From a virus (Duplodnaviria > Caudoviricetes), in IMG/VR virus record IMGVR_UViG_2824993554_000003, positions 36,608-100,607 of that record: a stretch of DNA of 64,000 nucleotides; one strand, given 5' to 3'. A model generated the notes under the pieces. That model was not told the origin of the DNA. It ran no database searches and saw only the letters and a list, made by a program, of their open reading frames with translations. The position numbers were made by a program, and so were the translations under genes. This document shows, one piece after another, positions 55,630 through 64,000 of the stretch; within the stretch, counting starts at the first letter, position 1, and every line of letters starts with the position of its first letter.

Positions 55630-57294
55630 ATGAGCATCATGCTAGCCCTTTCCACCTCCATCACAAACCAGTTGGGGGGAGGCACCACGCCGATTTTCAC
55701 TTTCTATGTGGATCCGGCCGGTTCCGATAGCAATGATGGTTTGTCGCAGGTGACGCCCTGGCAGACCGTCGACAAGGTGAACGCCGCCACAATTCCGGCC
55801 GGCTCGACAGTTCTATTTAAGGGCGGCGCTACCTTCAACGGTTCGCTCTATCTGAAAGAAACGCAGCATAGCGGCACGGCCGGGCGCATCACCACATTTG
55901 GTTCCTACGGAACCGGCGTGGCGACCTTCAACGTTGTATCCAGCACGGAAGAAGGCATTTGGACGCAAGATGTTCAATACGTTCTAATTAAGGACTTCAA
56001 GCTCACCGGTCCGGGTCGTACGGTCAGCATGTACGGCGGCCTAGACATTGCGATATCGAAGCCGTCAAACGCTCGCCTTCAAGGGCTGACCATTCGCAAT
56101 ATTGAAGTTTCAGGCTTCAATAACGGCATTATCGGCTGGGGCGGGGCGTCGGATGGCAGTTCTTCCGGCTATGATGATTTGTTGATCCAAAATTGCCTTG
56201 TGCACGATTGCTGCGCTAACGGCAACGGTATTTGGCTTGGCACTTCGGCTTATGGTCTTCTTAACAAGGCGGCGACATGGCTCCGCCCGGTCATCGACGG
56301 TTGTAAAGCCTACGACAATCCGGGCGGCTATACGTCGCCCGTCAGTCACTCCGGATCGGGCGTTCTTCTCACCGGCTGCGATGGCGCGATAGTTCAATAT
56401 TGCGAAGCCTATAACAACGGCGCTGGCAACACCTATGCCGCTGGTCCTGTCGGGATATGGTTTTACGATTGCAAGAATTGCATCATCCAATATTGCGAAA
56501 GCCACCACAATAAAACCGGCGTTGGTACGTCGGACGGCGGCGGCTTCGATATTGACGGCGGTTGCCAAGGCTGCATCGTTCAATATTGCTACAGCCATGA
56601 TAATTACGGGCCGGGCTATCAACTTTATCAATACAGCGACGCGGCTAACATTCTGCCGCTGACCGGCAACCGTATTCGCTACAATATTTCTGAGAATGAC
56701 GGCACGCAGTCACCGACAACCAAGGGCGGCTTGTTGATTGGCACTGCTGAAACTAGTCGCGCTGCGTCAGATAACGTCGTCCACAACAACACGGTATTTA
56801 GCAGTGTCGCGTCTAGCAACGGCTTCTATCTGCATAGCAATCCCGACAAATTCACGTCTTCTTACTTCGCCAACAACATTATTTATCTCACTGGAGCAAG
56901 CACAAAGGTCATTAATTCGGCGCCTAGCGCAGTTCCGGCCGTTTTGTGCATCGGCAATTGTTATTCGTCGCCATCGACTTCCATTAAATGGGGCGCAACG
57001 ACCTATACCACCTTCTCCAACTGGCGAACTGCGTTCCCGACGCAGGAAACAGTTGCCGGCGCGGCAGTGTTCAAAGCTGCTAACCCAACTCTGGTGGGGA
57101 CGGTGCCCGTGGGCAATATCAACGGTTTCAATTCCGCCCTGCTCGGCGCTTACAAGACGCAAGGGGCTTCCGTCTGTCGCAACGGGGGGCAGAACCTCAA
57201 TAGCCTCTACGGTATCACCGTGGGATCGCAGGATCTCTATGGCAACGCGATCCCGCAAGGGCTTTACGATATCGGCTGTTTTGAAAGCGCATAA
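55630..57294 (+). CDS. Right-handed parallel beta-helix protein (pectate-lyase-like depolymerase)
   Basis: FYVDPAGSDSNDG..PWQTV, repeated IVQYCEAYNN/IIQYCESHHN/IVQYCYSHDN, DGGGFDIDGG, YDIGCFE. Confidence 0.82.
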   Translation: MSIMLALSTSITNQLGGGTTPIFTFYVDPAGSDSNDGLSQVTPWQTVDKVNAATIPAGSTVLFKGGATFNGSLYLKETQHSGTAGRITTFGSYGTGVATFNVVSSTEEGIWTQDVQYVLIKDFKLTGPGRTVSMYGGLDIAISKPSNARLQGLTIRNIEVSGFNNGIIGWGGASDGSSSGYDDLLIQNCLVHDCCANGNGIWLGTSAYGLLNKAATWLRPVIDGCKAYDNPGGYTSPVSHSGSGVLLTGCDGAIVQYCEAYNNGAGNTYAAGPVGIWFYDCKNCIIQYCESHHNKTGVGTSDGGGFDIDGGCQGCIVQYCYSHDNYGPGYQLYQYSDAANILPLTGNRIRYNISENDGTQSPTTKGGLLIGTAETSRAASDNVVHNNTVFSSVASSNGFYLHSNPDKFTSSYFANNIIYLTGASTKVINSAPSAVPAVLCIGNCYSSPSTSIKWGATTYTTFSNWRTAFPTQETVAGAAVFKAANPTLVGTVPVGNINGFNSALLGAYKTQGASVCRNGGQNLNSLYGITVGSQDLYGNAIPQGLYDIGCFESA

Positions 57295-57299
57295 GATAC

Positions 57300-57728
57300 A
57301 TGACATCCAACGATGATATCCTGCGCGCTCTCGGCCGCGTGGAGGGAAGGCTTACCGGTATCGAGGAGCACGTCAGCCTCGTACGGAACGAGGTCAGCGA
57401 CGAGAAGGAGAACGCCCACGAAAGCCGGTCGGTCATTCACCGGCGCCTCGATGAGCAAGGCAAGCAGATCAATCTGCTCGACAAGGCTGTCGAGATAAAT
57501 GCGGGCGTCGATGCCCAGGTCCGCGATCAGCTCAAAAGCATCAAGGAAACGGTGCAGAAGAACCACGATGCCGTGCAGCCAACGCTGGAGGAATGGAAAC
57601 GCCTCAAAACTCTCGGCTACGGCATTTCAGGGCTGATCGCTTTTGCCGGACTCACGATCGGCGGGATGGTTGCTTACGCGAGTGATGGGGCTGTGGCTTG
57701 GCTTCGCCATTGGCTAAAGATCAATTAG
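57300..57728 (+). CDS. Coiled-coil protein with C-terminal TM (DUF1515-like)
   Basis: ILRALGRVEGRL..ESRSVIHRRLDE..EWKRLKTLG + TM. Confidence 0.65.
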   Translation: MTSNDDILRALGRVEGRLTGIEEHVSLVRNEVSDEKENAHESRSVIHRRLDEQGKQINLLDKAVEINAGVDAQVRDQLKSIKETVQKNHDAVQPTLEEWKRLKTLGYGISGLIAFAGLTIGGMVAYASDGAVAWLRHWLKIN

Positions 57729-57903
57729 CCAAACACGAGGACGCTCAGAATAACGGCGGCCAAAGACAAATGGTCACATGTTAGGGCTGTTCATCCAAGG
57801 TTCATTGTGCAGAAGCCCCAATAGAACCCTTCCGTCATCGGCGTCACAGCTCATGCGGAAGAGGGAGACTGAAACATCAACATCATCGACCGAGGCCAAT
57901 CAC

Positions 57904-58359
57904 ATGTCGCACAAATTGCTTCTCTCCGCTGCCGGATCGTTGCTTGCTGCTTTTATCATGTCGACGCCGGCGCACGCGCTGACGATGAAGGAATGCAGCA
58001 CGAAATATCAGGCGGCTAAAACCGATGGCTCCGCCAAAGACATGAAGTGGAATGATTTCCGCGCCAAGTTCTGCGGCGCGGACGCTGCTGCCGCTGATAA
58101 GGAAGACGAAGCGGACATCGCAAAAACAACCGACAAAGAGCCTGCAAAGCCGACAACCGCAGCGCCGAAGAGCGTCAAGTTCCCGAAGGCGATCGACAAG
58201 AAGTATTCGAGCGAGACGCCTGGAAAGGGTCGCCTCCATACCTGCGTCGACTCCTACCATGCCGCCAAGGATGCCGGCACGCTCGGCGATCTGAAGTGGA
58301 TCCAGAAGGGCGGCGGCTATTGGAGCCTTTGCAATACGAGCATCAAGTCCGCAGGCTGA
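57904..58359 (+). CDS. Secreted Cys-containing protein with duplicated motif
   Basis: Signal peptide ending AHA; ECSTKYQAAK..KWNDFR and TCVDSYHAAK..KWIQK. Confidence 0.75.
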   Translation: MSHKLLLSAAGSLLAAFIMSTPAHALTMKECSTKYQAAKTDGSAKDMKWNDFRAKFCGADAAAADKEDEADIAKTTDKEPAKPTTAAPKSVKFPKAIDKKYSSETPGKGRLHTCVDSYHAAKDAGTLGDLKWIQKGGGYWSLCNTSIKSAG

Positions 58360-58476
58360 ACGAAGCCTCGCAATGTTGAAGAGGAGGAGGCCGCTATGCA
58401 AGCGGCCTTTCCATTATAGCTATCATTCCAGGCGTAGCTTGGCTCAGCTGCACCAATCATTTTGCGTGTCACCCGC

Positions 58477-58692
58477 TCAGTGGGTCGTGCAAACCATTTC
58501 AATCAAAGCAGCAAGTTGATGGCCCTCAAGGATCGCGTAACGATGGGTACCAGTGCGAACAAGGATCTCGATCGCCTGAAGCTCGTTAATGTTCTCCCCA
58601 GCGTATTCAATTGCTGCTTGCAGCGAGATGAAATTCTTATTCACAGTGCCGGGGAGCCAGCTATGAACGGTGACAAGAGCAGGCGAAGGCAT
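58477..58692 (-). CDS. Conserved 71-aa protein, copy 2
   Basis: Paralogue of 18764-18979. Confidence 0.6.
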   Translation of the reverse strand: MPSPALVTVHSWLPGTVNKNFISLQAAIEYAGENINELQAIEILVRTGTHRYAILEGHQLAALIEMVCTTH

Positions 58693-58842
58693 TTGGTTTC
58701 CGATCTACAATTCAACGAGATGACAATATCAGAAAACAACCTAAGTGCGCCTGTGACAGGTGTATCTGGTTACCGTTTGATTGACGTCGTCGATTGCCAC
58801 GTTCTGATGCTGCGCGGGCGGCCATTGTTCAGCGCCTTCAAT

Positions 58843-58950
58843 AAAAAAGAGCCCCGCCGAGACGGGGCAATTTTGGAAAGGACGGATCACACAGGAAGGA
58901 AGAGTTGACATACGGCCCGTCACTAAGGGCAACCTGTGCGATCCTGCCCC
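58843..58950 (-). ncRNA. Candidate structured sRNA family A, copy 2
   Basis: GGATCGCACAGG pairs with CCTGTGTGATCC; terminator identical to copy 1. Confidence 0.58.
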
Positions 58951-58953
58951 TCG

Positions 58954-58978
58954 AACGGAAAAGCGATTGCTTTGTTCC
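58954..58978 (-). promoter_or_regulatory. EcfG/RpoE2-type promoter, consensus match
   Basis: Minus strand GGAAC-AAAGCAATCGCTTTTC-CGTT (N16). Confidence 0.7.
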
Positions 58979-59038
58979 TGTACGGTTTCGTACGAAGGCG
59001 CGGCCGCGGGATCTTCAAAAGTGCCCACAAGCCGGTAG

Positions 59039-59149
59039 CCGCGCAGAAGGGGTTGGTGAAGGAGTGGACCATTGACCTCTGCGCGGCCCGAACCCCGTGG
59101 AGGGGGTGGATCGGGAACAGTGCAGGGCAGACGCTATCCCGCGATCTAA
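59039..59149 (-). ncRNA. Candidate structured sRNA family B, copy 3
   Basis: Three hairpins retained; the reading frame seen in copies 1 and 2 is broken by a stop here. Confidence 0.5.
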
Positions 59150-59155
59150 GCGGTT

Positions 59156-59191
59156 AACCATCACTCAGCGGATGCTGTTCCCGTACAGTTC
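59156..59191 (-). promoter_or_regulatory. EcfG-type promoter overlapped by GAAC-N7-GAAC
   Basis: Minus strand GAAC-TGTACGG-GAAC-N17-GGTT. Confidence 0.55.
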
Positions 59192-59214
59192 CGCACAAAT
59201 CATTTTGCCGCGGA

Positions 59215-59415
59215 TCAAATTAGGAGTCGCAGCAGCGCTGCCTCGTCCTGCACCCCATGCCGGAATGACTGTATAATCCGGCGGGCTAAATCCTCACGCT
59301 CAGCGGCTGTGTTGATTTGCTTCACCGAAACCACCTGGTCGTAGACCCTTTGGCAGAGCGCCACCTCGGCGTCGTCCAGCACGTTTTGCGCCTGCGCAAT
59401 CTGGAATGGGATCAT
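59215..59415 (-). CDS. Conserved 66-aa protein, copy 3 of 3
   Basis: Paralogue of 16944 and 19716. Confidence 0.75.
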   Translation of the reverse strand: MIPFQIAQAQNVLDDAEVALCQRVYDQVVSVKQINTAAEREDLARRIIQSFRHGVQDEAALLRLLI

Positions 59416-59484
59416 GACAGCCCTCCCTTTCCCTATAAAAAGGGTAGGGCGGAAAAGGGCCGGTTCAAGCGTGGAGGCTGTGGA

Positions 59485-59862
59485 CTATCGGTCGCACCAG
59501 TCATTCCTCTTCGTCGGTTGCCAGGTCCGCGCAAAACCCTCCTGAAGAAGCTTCTTGCCGATTTCTTCCCCATTCGTTCGGTAGATGTTGACGAGCGGCC
59601 GGTGTGAAGGCGTCCGGTCCACCGCGCCGCTCGACACGATCCGCAAGCCCTTTTCAGCCAGTAGCTCTTTCAGCCTTCCCTTGGCGATTAGCGCCAGCTT
59701 CCGTTCCTTCATGCACTTCGCGTGCGATCCGATCTCGGGCGTGTCGATGCCCGAGACGAACGGAACACCTTCCCCCAACAGCCGCATGTTCTGGCCGTCG
59801 CATTTCACCGTGTCGCCGTCGACCGCGGTCAGCGATGCGCAGAAGATCAATTCAGCGATCAT
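59485..59862 (-). CDS. Thermonuclease (SNase) family protein
   Basis: AVDGDT..RL..GIDTPE..D....R.L..LLQEGFA. Confidence 0.85.
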   Translation of the reverse strand: MIAELIFCASLTAVDGDTVKCDGQNMRLLGEGVPFVSGIDTPEIGSHAKCMKERKLALIAKGRLKELLAEKGLRIVSSGAVDRTPSHRPLVNIYRTNGEEIGKKLLQEGFARTWQPTKRNDWCDR

Positions 59863-60157
59863 CCTTGCTTCCTCGCATTCCGTTTAAACGCATCAGCCGG
59901 TGATAGTAACCCTCGACCTTTCGAATAGCCTCGCGCGGTTCAACTTCGAAGCCTTGGTGGAGCGTCAGCCTTCGGCGCACACTTGGGCCAAGGACACTCC
60001 ATTGCCACATGCCGTTCTTCGGCCCGCCGCTCTCCATTCGTATCCTCCCAATGATTATTTCCCCGTCATAGCCCAGCCAGTCGAGATCCGTCGGCTGATC
60101 GCGTTCGTTGATCTTCGTGCCGCGCCATTTGTAGAGTGGTTGGTAGCGATTGGGCAT
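59852..60157 (-). CDS. Hypothetical 101-aa protein, copy 2
   Basis: Paralogue of 20278-20583. Confidence 0.7.
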   Translation of the reverse strand: MPNRYQPLYKWRGTKINERDQPTDLDWLGYDGEIIIGRIRMESGGPKNGMWQWSVLGPSVRRRLTLHQGFEVEPREAIRKVEGYYHRLMRLNGMRGSKDDR

Positions 60158-60312
60158 ATGCGGAACATTGCCCGAGCCGCTTCAATAATCAATCTGGGTG
60201 AATTGGCTTTTAAGCGATGAGGGGGTTCCCAGAGCGGCCCGGTGGACCGCACGGCGACTGCGAACAGGGGTGCAGCAGTACAAGATACTGAAGCCGTGCG
60301 GCCCGTCGTCAC

Positions 60313-60338
60313 AACCCATAACTGCCTGAACAGGTTCC
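60313..60338 (-). promoter_or_regulatory. EcfG-type promoter motif
   Basis: Minus strand GGAAC-CTGTTCAGGCAGTTATG-GGTT. Confidence 0.55.
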
Positions 60339-60357
60339 CGGATCATGAGTTCACCGC

Positions 60358-60449
60358 AAAAAAAGCCCCGCTGGATGGCGGGGCTAGTTTGTACAGACGG
60401 AAAGGCGGCTGCGCCAAAGTTGCTGGGGAGCAGACGAAAGCGCATCCTC
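60358..60449 (-). ncRNA. Candidate sRNA C
   Basis: Lies between promoter 60481-60456 and terminator AGCCCCGC-CATCCA-GCGGGGCT-TTTTTT; TGCT-CCCC-AGCA hairpin. Confidence 0.5.
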
Positions 60450-60455
60450 GCGCAA

Positions 60456-60481
60456 AACCCGCCGTTGCAACAGAAAGTTCC
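60456..60481 (-). promoter_or_regulatory. EcfG-type promoter motif
   Basis: Minus strand GGAAC-TTTCTGTTGCAACGGCG-GGTT. Confidence 0.6.
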
Positions 60482-60543
60482 CGACCCGCACCTAATGAAT
60501 TTGGGCAAATTGCTTTTCCGAGCGCCGCTGCTGAAGTGTCAGC

Positions 60544-61590
60544 ATGGCGAAGCCGTCCCGCAAACCTTCCCTGCCGCTGCTCGGTGAAGCCGACACGCAG
60601 CTCCGAAGCCGCCCGCGCCGGCGCCGAGATCCCGCCCAGCCGAACCTGCCCCTGGACCCGATGCCGGCGCGCGTCGAGCCGTGCCTAGCGCTGCTCAAGG
60701 CCAAACCGCCGAAGGGCGATGATTGGGTTTTTGAGATCAAGTGGGATGGCTATCGCCTGGCTGTCCACATCGAGCCGTCAGGCGTCCGCATCCTGACGCG
60801 CGGCGGCCACGATTGGACCGCGCGCTTTCCGGCGATCCTGGCCGAGGCAAGGCGCCTTCCTGTCTCAACGGCGATCCTCGATGGAGAGGCCGTCGTGCTC
60901 GACGCGCAAGGCCGCTCCGATTTCGGCATGCTCCAGCAGTCGCTGGGCGGGCGAGGGGGCAAGAGGTCGTCCAGAGATGCAATCTTCATGGCATTCGATC
61001 TTCTCTATTTCGACGGCCATGACCTCACCGGAACCGAACTTTCCTCGCGGCGCCACCTCCTCGAGGGACTGGTGCCCACCGGCGGAGAAGATGCCATCCG
61101 ATTGTCAGAGGAGATCGAGGCCGATGGCGAGCAGCTACTGCGCATCGCCTGCGAACACGACCTTGAAGGCATCATCGCAAAAGACCGCGATAGTCCTTAT
61201 CGCAGCGGCCGCCTCGGAGACTGGCTGAAGATCAAATGCATCCAGAGCGACGGGTTTCTGATCGTTGGCTATGAAAAGTCGACGGCTTCCTTCGGAGGCA
61301 TCGGTCGGCTGCTACTTGCCGCGCGCAAGGGAAGCGAGCTCGTCTATGTCGGGGGGGTGGGAACCGGCTTCAACGAGCGCTCCGCGGGGGAACTCCGGGA
61401 GCAGATGGACAGGTTGATCATCGCCAAGCCGGCTGTCAATACCGGGCGGAAGCGTAATGCCATCTTTCTCGAGCCAAAGCTCGTGGCCGAGATCGAATAT
61501 CGGGCATGGACGCACGACGGGAAACTGCGGCACGCAGCATACAAGGGGCTTCGAGAGGGGCAGGATAATGCCGCTGTCTATCAACTTTAG
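60544..61590 (+). CDS. ligD: ATP-dependent DNA ligase (LigD ligase domain only)
   Basis: EIKWDGYR and all motifs as in 20664-21713. Confidence 0.9.
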   Translation: MAKPSRKPSLPLLGEADTQLRSRPRRRRDPAQPNLPLDPMPARVEPCLALLKAKPPKGDDWVFEIKWDGYRLAVHIEPSGVRILTRGGHDWTARFPAILAEARRLPVSTAILDGEAVVLDAQGRSDFGMLQQSLGGRGGKRSSRDAIFMAFDLLYFDGHDLTGTELSSRRHLLEGLVPTGGEDAIRLSEEIEADGEQLLRIACEHDLEGIIAKDRDSPYRSGRLGDWLKIKCIQSDGFLIVGYEKSTASFGGIGRLLLAARKGSELVYVGGVGTGFNERSAGELREQMDRLIIAKPAVNTGRKRNAIFLEPKLVAEIEYRAWTHDGKLRHAAYKGLREGQDNAAVYQL

Positions 61591-61645
61591 TAAGACGGCG
61601 AGCCTGTGGGAGGCTCTGGCGGAGGGCGCGAGGTTGGTTAGATCG

Positions 61646-61674
61646 AAAGGAAAGGACGGGGCCGAAGCCCCGTC
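61646..61674 (-). terminator. Intrinsic terminator downstream of the rhuM-like gene
   Basis: Minus strand GACGGGGC-TTCG-GCCCCGTC-CTTTCCTTT. Confidence 0.65.
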
Positions 61675-61683
61675 GCACATGAT

Positions 61684-62688
61684 CTACGCGGACTTCTTCA
61701 GCTGCTTCTTACCGTTCTGTTTGAAGAGCTCGTATTGCGATTTGGCATGCTTGTCAGCATCAGCCCTAGTCGGCCCACCAGACTTATAGCCAGGGAATAC
61801 CGGAAATTCGTTGATCGCCACCAGGTCAGTCAGCTTGTTCAACAGACGTTCCATCGAAACTTGCTTCCCCTGAAGGGCCATGCCTTCGGCGTAAAGCAGC
61901 CACGACTCACCGACGATCTCCATCTTCTTCAGCTCGGTTTCGGTGCAGTAATTCTTCGCCACAGTGATATCTTGGGACGTGGGCGTCCGATTACCCATTG
62001 CGGTCATACCCATATTGGGTTTGCTTGCGTCAGCCCGTTCAAGGATGATCTGCGCCGCAGTTTGCTCCGATGCGGCGAAGTGAAAAACGTTCTGGCTGGT
62101 GGCGAAGAATTTACGGGCTGCCGGATCATCTTTGTCATAATCGATCGCGCACTGGACAAAAGTTTCCCGCACCTGCGTATAGAGGTTCTTCTCCGAGAAG
62201 CGGATAGCGCGGACTTCTTGGGCCAGCTTGAGAAGGGCACGAGGGTCGCTGTTGAGTCTCTTGCCGTTGAGAGCGTAGCCATCCTCAATGTAGCCCTTGA
62301 GAACGCTAGAAGCCCATTTACGGAATTCGGTCGCCTTCTTTGAATTGACCTTGTAGCCGACAGCAAGAATCGCATCGAGACTGTAGTGCTTAACGTCGTA
62401 GGATTTCCCGTCCGACGCAGTTGTCCGGAATTTCCGGACAACTGATTCTTCCTCGAGCTCCCTGGATTCGTAGAGGTTCTGGAGGTGTTCGCTGACCGTC
62501 TTTTTACTGACACCGAAGAGATCTGCCATTTGGTCCTGCGTAGCCCAAACCGTATCCTGCTCGAAGTCGATCGGTAGCGCGACTTCCGTCGTCTCCGTCT
62601 TAAAATTCGCGAATGCATCGAATGAATTAAAAACAGCTTTCGCCGCTTTGGTGAGAGAGCCCACCACCTTCTTGATTATCTTAGCCAT
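61684..62688 (-). CDS. RhuM family DNA-binding protein
   Basis: VWATQDQMADLFG..SEHLQNLY..EL, DGKSY....YSLDAILAVGYKVNSKKATEFRKWA, IRFSEK, FFATSQN..HFA, VAKNY. Confidence 0.85.
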   Translation of the reverse strand: MAKIIKKVVGSLTKAAKAVFNSFDAFANFKTETTEVALPIDFEQDTVWATQDQMADLFGVSKKTVSEHLQNLYESRELEEESVVRKFRTTASDGKSYDVKHYSLDAILAVGYKVNSKKATEFRKWASSVLKGYIEDGYALNGKRLNSDPRALLKLAQEVRAIRFSEKNLYTQVRETFVQCAIDYDKDDPAARKFFATSQNVFHFAASEQTAAQIILERADASKPNMGMTAMGNRTPTSQDITVAKNYCTETELKKMEIVGESWLLYAEGMALQGKQVSMERLLNKLTDLVAINEFPVFPGYKSGGPTRADADKHAKSQYELFKQNGKKQLKKSA

Positions 62689-63145
62689 TTCCGATCTTTC
62701 ATCTTATTGATCGGCGGCGGAATGTAAGAAACCGCTTGACAACCAGTGGGAAGATACCCAACTACTGCCTCGTGATCACAAACAAGCCGCCGCCAGGTGG
62801 TTGTCAGGCCCGGGGATGTTAGCGCATCTTCCGGGCCGCCGTTTTTTGCCCCGCAGATGCAGAGCGAGTCCCACATGGGGACTGCGACGCAAAGTCGCAA
62901 GAGCAATATAAGGTTTTAGTAACCTTTTATCCAACCCGCCAAACACCTTCTTGGTTAACCGTGTGTTAACATGAATAAGCCCGTTTATGAGGCCAGCGCC
63001 CGCTGGACCGGTTTTCCACGGTTTGCTTCAAAGTCGCACATGCGCCTGTGGATGTTAGCCCCTGCGAAACAATGTGGTGCGGCAGCCTGTTTTCTTCTCA
63101 GCGTTCCTCTCTCACGTTCCTCGACGACAATAACGAGGAACAGAA

Positions 63146-64000
63146 ATGCAGGAAAACATTCGACCAATAGCTCCCATTGGCGTTTCCGGACTGGTGCCCC
63201 AGGAACCGCCAACCGGGATGCCGATTTTTGAATTGGTGAAGCCGACCGATCTCTATGTGGACCCCGCATATCAGCGAAACATCAGTGAGAAGGGTATGCG
63301 CCAGATTCGGCGCATCATAGAGGGTTTCGATTGGGCAAGCTTCAAGCCTCCAATCTGCGCGTATGCAGAAAGTGACGGAATGACCATCCTGAAGGTTCTG
63401 GACGGTCAACATACGGCAATCGCGGCAGCGTCAAATCCGCATGTTGATCAGATCCCGGTGATGATCGTCGAGGCCAGCAATACCACGGATCAAGCTAAAG
63501 CATTTATCGGGCAAAACACGGATCGCTTAGCTGTGACGACGCTTCAACTGCATCAAGCTGCGCTCGCCGCGGCGAACGAAGATGCCCAAACCCTTGAACT
63601 TGTATGCGCCAGGGCGAATGTCAGAGTCATGAAGAGCCCGAACGCCTATACAGGGACCGGCGCGCGTCAAACAATAGCGGTGAAGCAGATCGAAGCCCTC
63701 ATCGCCAGGCGCGGACCAATGTTCGCTCGGGAAATCCTTGAGGTGCTTGCGAACGCTGAAATCGGCCCACTGACCGCATCCCAAATCAAGGCGGTCGAAA
63801 TGCTTATGACTGAGCCGAAGTACACCGACTTCGTGTTCCCCGACGATATAACGGTTGCCATGGTCGATCTCTTGTCCGCCGCGGAGGAAGACGCAAAGGT
63901 CTTCTCCGCCAGTCATAAGATTACGTTCTGGAGGGCGCTGGGCATCACGTGGTTTCAGAAGGCGAAAAAGCGGAAACAGCCGTTGGCGCGGGTGGCTTGA
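63146..64000 (+). CDS. ParB/Srx-like N-terminal domain protein (DUF6551-like)
   Basis: LYVDPAYQR..FDW..LDGQHTAIAA; stop codon at the window end. Confidence 0.72.
   Translation: MQENIRPIAPIGVSGLVPQEPPTGMPIFELVKPTDLYVDPAYQRNISEKGMRQIRRIIEGFDWASFKPPICAYAESDGMTILKVLDGQHTAIAAASNPHVDQIPVMIVEASNTTDQAKAFIGQNTDRLAVTTLQLHQAALAAANEDAQTLELVCARANVRVMKSPNAYTGTGARQTIAVKQIEALIARRGPMFAREILEVLANAEIGPLTASQIKAVEMLMTEPKYTDFVFPDDITVAMVDLLSAAEEDAKVFSASHKITFWRALGITWFQKAKKRKQPLARVA

Larger units (their letters stand above)
58475..61560. repeat. Accessory block copy 2
   Basis: Colinear repeat of 18762-21680; lacks ~19280-19530 and has extra ~60215-60530. Confidence 0.9.
25398..64000 (+). mobile_element. Prophage B (podovirus-like), nearly complete; right att not in window
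   Basis: Integrase, immunity, replication, packaging, head, short-tail/ejection, fibre and lysis modules in order; no tape measure, tail tube or sheath. Confidence 0.88.

Noticed and set aside
62735-62766. Sigma70 promoter from TTGACA at 62736
   Set aside because: No convincing -10 element at 16-18 nt spacing; kept only as part of the complementarity finding
1-64000. CRISPR array, rRNA, IS transposase, retron
   Set aside because: No repeat-spacer periodicity, rRNA-like sequence, DDE transposase or RT motifs seen

Overview
The window is entirely prophage DNA from a high-GC Rhizobiaceae-like genome (host inferred from gene content) and holds two prophages in tandem. Prophage A (1 to ~25409) is the right-hand part of a long-tailed, lambda-like siphovirus: tape measure, tail tip, fibre, an acyltransferase moron, lysis cassette, SGNH esterase, HNH gene, a stress/LigD accessory block, and a ParB-HEPN + Dam-methylase + DUF4145 defence-like block. 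Prophage B (~25398 to beyond 64000) is a near-complete podovirus-like phage: large serine integrase, paired RHH regulators, CI/Cro, DUF1376 initiator with iterons, split primase-helicase, terminase, portal, scaffold, capsid, tail and ejection proteins, fibre, lysis cassette, beta-helix enzyme, a second copy of the stress/LigD block, RhuM and ParB-like genes. The junction carries CCTCCGCTACCA, which looks like a tRNA-Met 3' end, inside the integrase 3' end. The most unusual signal is non-coding: in both accessory blocks, a series of minus-strand GGAAC-N16/17-(C/G)GTT promoter motifs (general-stress sigma EcfG/RpoE2 type) each precede a 90-190 nt ORF-less, stem-forming segment. Paralogous copies show stem-preserving base changes, suggesting a prophage-borne battery of stress-induced small RNAs. 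All protein assignments come from motifs and synteny read by eye; no database search was run.
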